Positions 62,366 to 64,000 of a stretch of DNA of 64,000 nucleotides are shown piece after piece. Both the position numbers and the translations under genes were made by a program. Every line of letters starts with the position of its first letter. The first letter of the stretch is position 1. This DNA comes from an uncultured bacterium. Its GTDB lineage: Bacteria; Babelota; Babeliae; Babelales; Babelaceae. The stretch covers positions 268,838 to 332,837 of the forward strand of contig CAVRKK010000001.1 of the NCBI GenBank assembly GCA_963722385.1, given 5' to 3'. A model generated the notes under the pieces. That model did not search any database. It was not told the origin of the DNA and saw nothing but the letters and a program-made list of their open reading frames with translations.

Positions 62366-62854
62366 TCAAAGTTTTACACTTACACGCGCAGGACGCAATA
62401 AATGCCCCTTATAAACGTATCCTTTTTGCAATACCTCGACAATTTCGCCGCTTTTTTGGGCCGTATTCTCAACCTGCACAACAGCTTCATGCAGCTCGGG
62501 ATCAAATACGGTATTTTGGCTGATTTCAGCCACCTGGAAAGTTGCCAATAATTTTTTTAAAGATTTATACGTTAGCTCAAACCCGGCCAGATAAGATTCG
62601 ATTTCCGGCGTGTGACTCACTTGAGCAAAAGCCCGTTCAAAGTCATCCGCTAGAGATAAAAGTTGCCGTAGAATATCCATTTGAGCAATTTCTATTGAGC
62701 GCTTACAATCTTCATGCACCCGGCGGCGGAAATTATCAAAGTCGGCCGCGAGATATCGGTTACGCTCTTGCTCATGCTCAAGCTTGCTCTTCAGCTCGTC
62801 TATAAGAGAAATTTCAGTTGGGTTTGCATTTTCAACAGTTTCTTTTTCATCCAT
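62366..62854 (-). CDS. grpE: Nucleotide exchange factor GrpE
   Basis: ADFDNFRRR, FDPELHEAV, QKGY....LLRPARV. Confidence 0.97.
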   Translation of the reverse strand: MDEKETVENANPTEISLIDELKSKLEHEQERNRYLAADFDNFRRRVHEDCKRSIEIAQMDILRQLLSLADDFERAFAQVSHTPEIESYLAGFELTYKSLKKLLATFQVAEISQNTVFDPELHEAVVQVENTAQKSGEIVEVLQKGYVYKGHLLRPARVSVKL

Positions 62855-62950
62855 GCCGTGACCTTCGCTGATAAAATTACGTTATACATATTTATTTTAA
62901 CCTATTATTGGCAAAAGAACCACCATCCCAAGGCAATATTGTGATGAGAA

Positions 62951-62979
62951 AGAAAAAGCCGCATAAAGCGGCTTTTTCT
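62951..62979 (-). terminator. Rho-independent terminator after the HU gene
   Basis: agaaaaagccgc-ataaa-gcggctttttct. Confidence 0.85.
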
Positions 62980-63021
62980 GGGCAAAAACTTTTAAAGAAA
63001 AATATAAAGAATTTTTATGCA

Positions 63022-63303
63022 CTACCGTGCTGTTCTTATTGACTCCTTAAGCTGCTTGCCTGGTTTAAATTTTGGAACCCGCGTTTCTGGTAAATTAATA
63101 CGCTGCTTTGTAACGGGGTTGATCCCAAGGCGCGCTGGTCGCTTAGCAACACTAAAAGTACCAAAGCCCGACCATTGTAGCCTATTACCTTTCTTAAGCT
63201 CACGAACCATGATACGCACGAGCGCATCAAGCACACGCGTAATATCGCGCTTGCCAAAGGTTGTTTCCTCACTAAGAGAATTAATGAGCTCTGTTTTGTT
63301 CAT
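63022..63303 (-). CDS. hup: HU family DNA-binding protein
   Basis: MNKTELI, GFGTF, R.G.NP.T, PKFKPGK.LK. Confidence 0.95.
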   Translation of the reverse strand: MNKTELINSLSEETTFGKRDITRVLDALVRIMVRELKKGNRLQWSGFGTFSVAKRPARLGINPVTKQRINLPETRVPKFKPGKQLKESIRTAR

Positions 63304-63580
63304 TATAACTCCTTGATATTAGATAGAGTAGGTATTGGTTAAGTTAACAAACGCCGCATTGTTGTTAGATATACTAATTCGGTTTATAGCTTTGTCAATT
63401 GATTACCTCGATACCATACTTATCTGGTCGATAGCCAAACTTTACAAAAGGGGGATGAATACGATAACTTGGAGTGTATAAAATTCACCAACCAAAAAAC
63501 CGAAAAAGGAGATTTCTATCAGCTCATATACGAGCTTACCAGGTGGAAGCAAAACTTTAACAAAAACGGGAATTAAGCTT

Positions 63581-64000
63581 ATGAAGACAAGAGCAAAAGA
63601 AATTCGCATATCCTTGATACTTTCTCTTGTATTAACCATCGGCAGGGTCGCGGCCCGCCCCTTAGAGAAAATTACCGAGGGTATTACTTTTTATAACGGA
63701 CCTAGCCGGGAAGAATCGCTCATTAATATCAGGCAGCGGAACTCGCCAACAAGCAAGGCTGCATCGCCAGTTTATCATGACAGTAGTGCATTAGATGAGC
63801 ACAATAATACTTTTACGCCTGTTAAAAGTTTCATTGGAGCAACGTTGAAAGACTCGAAGTTTATTCCTCCTGATGGTGACGGAGCCGTTGGTCCTTTACA
63901 GTACGTTGTTTGTGTGAATGGTCGCATTAAAAGCTTCGACAAAAAGTCAGGATTGCCTGATGGTATTCTTGACGCAACAACCAATGACTTTTTCAGCTTG
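63581..64000 (+). CDS. Secreted protein, partial (runs off the window)
   Basis: Open frame MKTRAKEIRISLILSLVLTIG...FIPPDGDGAVGPLQYVVCVNGRIKSFDK. Confidence 0.7.
   Translation, partial: MKTRAKEIRISLILSLVLTIGRVAARPLEKITEGITFYNGPSREESLINIRQRNSPTSKAASPVYHDSSALDEHNNTFTPVKSFIGATLKDSKFIPPDGDGAVGPLQYVVCVNGRIKSFDKKSGLPDGILDATTNDFFSL

Noticed and set aside
2249..63984. Numerous short ORFs antisense or out of frame to confident genes
   Set aside because: Shadow frames of pyrG, murF, gltX, dprA, gyrA, lepA and others, with no independent evidence

Overview
This is a 64-kb bacterial chromosome segment. Its content suggests an obligate intracellular protist parasite, most likely Ca. Dependentiae/Babelota (inference): many signal-peptide orphans, ankyrin-like proteins, DUF2608, tandem Cys-rich beta-barrels, spoVG and a GUF1-like lepA. 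The left 37 kb is accessory and decaying. It holds a BlaI/BlaR1-like module with two visible operators, a group II intron RT remnant, two orphan IS200/IS605 end remnants and an ankyrin-like family with F-box-like tails. It also holds an atypical RNase HII, an IscB/omegaRNA element with an in-frame deletion of RuvC-I and three palindromic inserts in its RNA, a GIY-YIG pseudogene beside similar palindromes, and an 8.5-kb serine-recombinase island in tRNA-Gln (AbiE, RelE/HTH pairs, IS630). The right 27 kb is mostly core genes (spoVG, rsmH, murF, uppP, acpP, gltX, rpmF, dprA, gyrA, lepA, grpE, HU) plus a 21-blade beta-propeller surface protein and a Fic gene. The most unexplained signals are a ~345-nt highly structured intergenic element (45190-45532) that fits no standard RNA I recognise, and the modified IscB locus. 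All calls are by eye; no searches or folding programs were run.
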